A stretch of DNA of 64,000 nt. Origin: a virus. Where the stretch lies: positions 89,104 to 153,103 of IMG/VR virus record IMGVR_UViG_3300028666_000023. The stretch is one strand, 5' to 3'. Below are positions 62,893-64,000 of the stretch, in pieces; position 1 is the first letter of the stretch, and every line of letters starts with the position of its first letter. The notes beneath the pieces are model-generated. The model saw only the letters and a program-made list of their open reading frames with translations. It had not been told where the DNA came from and ran no database searches. The position numbers and the translations under genes were made by a program.

Positions 62893-63298
62893 GGACTCCT
62901 CGATTCGAAAGGCCTCAGCGGCCGACCTCGAGCGCCTCGTGGAACTCGAGGGGATGTTGTTCGACAACGCCCTCAGCGAGCGCCGCTTCGAGCTCGAGAT
63001 GTCGCTCGGCGCCTGCTACGTGATCGGCACACCCGTCGTCGCTTACGCGCTCGTGCGCCCCGACGGTCCCGCGCTCCTCGACCTGATGCGCCTCGGCGTT
63101 CTGCCGACGCGACAGGGAGAAGGACTGGGGAAGAGACTCCTGCAGCATGTCCTCGCGCTCGGGAAGTCGGTCGTGCTCACCGTGCTCAAAGAGAACGCGC
63201 GGGCGCGCGCTCTCTACAAGGCACACGGGTTCAAGACCGTGGGCGTGTTACCCTCGGGGGTCGCGCTGGTGCAGCTTTGTCCATCGGCGAACGGGTGA
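62891..63298 (+). CDS. GNAT N-acetyltransferase (RimI-like)
   Basis: IRKASAADL...LGVLPTRQGEGLGKRLL...LTVLKENARARALYKAHGF. Confidence 0.88.
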   Translation: MDSSIRKASAADLERLVELEGMLFDNALSERRFELEMSLGACYVIGTPVVAYALVRPDGPALLDLMRLGVLPTRQGEGLGKRLLQHVLALGKSVVLTVLKENARARALYKAHGFKTVGVLPSGVALVQLCPSANG

Positions 63299-63464
63299 AC
63301 TGCGCGCCGCAGCCCTGGCACTGGTGGACTTCTTTGCCGTTGGGAAGACGGACGGGGATCGCGAGGCGCTGACACTTCATGCAGCGGATGCGGGCGACAC
63401 CGCCCTCCTGCTGCTTGGTGATGACGTTGCCCTTGGCGTCGCGCGTGCCGCGGATGATTTTCAT
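63231..63464 (-). CDS. Zn-ribbon mini-protein
   Basis: CMKC...CQGC. Confidence 0.65.
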   Translation of the reverse strand: MKIIRGTRDAKGNVITKQQEGGVARIRCMKCQRLAIPVRLPNGKEVHQCQGCGAQFTRSPMDKAAPARPPRVTRPRS

Positions 63465-63853
63465 GGCCCATCGCCTCCGAAGATGACCGGTGCGTCCTCG
63501 TCGGGCGACACGATGGTCTTTGTGGGGGGAGTCGGGGCGGCGGCTTGCTCTTCCTTCGCGCCGAGCTCCTTCAAGTACTGCTGCAAGTAGTAGCCGAAGT
63601 CGACCCGGCCGTCCTTGGATTCGACGAGGCCGTGACCGTGGCTGTGCAGCGTCGAGATGACCTCCTCGAGGACGTTCACCTTGATCTCCAACACCTTCAT
63701 GGTGTCCGAGAAGATCTGCGTGTTCTTGTCGAGCGCAGACTCGAGCTTGCTGACTCGCCTACTCAGCGCCTCGATCTGGAGATCCTGATTGGTCTTGCGA
63801 GACCTTCTTTCGGCGCCGACGGCGCCGCGGTTCTTTTTCTTGCTCTCCGGCAT
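63461..63853 (-). CDS. coiled-coil hypothetical protein
   Basis: MPESKKK; AGGAG SD. Confidence 0.7.
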   Translation of the reverse strand: MPESKKKNRGAVGAERRSRKTNQDLQIEALSRRVSKLESALDKNTQIFSDTMKVLEIKVNVLEEVISTLHSHGHGLVESKDGRVDFGYYLQQYLKELGAKEEQAAAPTPPTKTIVSPDEDAPVIFGGDGP

Positions 63854-64000
63854 TCTCCTGGTTCTCCGCTTTGTGTTCGAGGAAAGGTGGCTTCAACTGG
63901 GATGTCTCCACCCAGTGGAAGCGCTCCAACTGCCCGCGGAGAGATGCCTCCCACGCCTGCAGCTGCTCGAGCCTTTCCCTCAACGAGTCCTGCGTAACCT

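Larger units (their letters stand above)
1..64000. other. Segment of a large tailed bacteriophage genome (jumbo myovirus-like)
   Basis: More than 100 mostly short, overlapping ORFs in one orientation; tape-measure and baseplate-like genes; phage-type homing nucleases; no host housekeeping operons. Confidence 0.9.

Noticed and set aside
1-64000. CRISPR array or tRNA genes
   Set aside because: No regularly spaced 25-45 bp direct repeats were seen; the only tRNA-like structure found belongs to tmRNA (by-eye scan only)
1-64000. Stop-codon reassignment (alternative genetic code)
   Set aside because: Long genes read intact in code 11, and TAA, TAG and TGA all terminate coupled genes

Overview
This window is a 64-kb segment of a large, GC-rich tailed phage genome, probably a jumbo myovirus. 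The host is inferred, not shown, to be a myxobacterium. Genes are densely packed and translationally coupled on the minus strand from 1 to 58.3 kb, followed by a plus-strand block of short transcription cassettes at 58.3-62.4 kb. Recognisable genes include a one-piece tmRNA (ssrA, tag ANDNATALVAQAA), a sigma-70 family factor, a RecD2/Dda-like helicase, and Macro, HAD, MazG-like, ParB-like, DUF932 and GNAT proteins. There are also three free-standing HNH/EndoVII nucleases, tape-measure and baseplate-like structural genes, and a collagen-like lipoprotein. Six signals stand out. (i) A family of late proteins shares an N-terminal AFxDELxKIA leader and recurrent K-x-[AG] sites, a candidate head-targeting and maturation system; one member carries a protein-kinase-like domain. 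(ii) A GG[AG]ATAAG promoter-like motif occurs about 20 times and is often bracketed by an anti-Shine-Dalgarno/Shine-Dalgarno inverted repeat. (iii) A second, apparently leaderless, promoter class sits at structural genes. (iv) Seven DnaJ-type zinc-finger mini-paralogs form a tandem array. (v) Ribosome-rescue-related genes include a tmRNA with an atypical T-loop and a release-factor-like domain lacking GGQ. (vi) One gene is interrupted by a (GCAA)4 repeat. All family calls come from reading motifs by eye; no searches were run.
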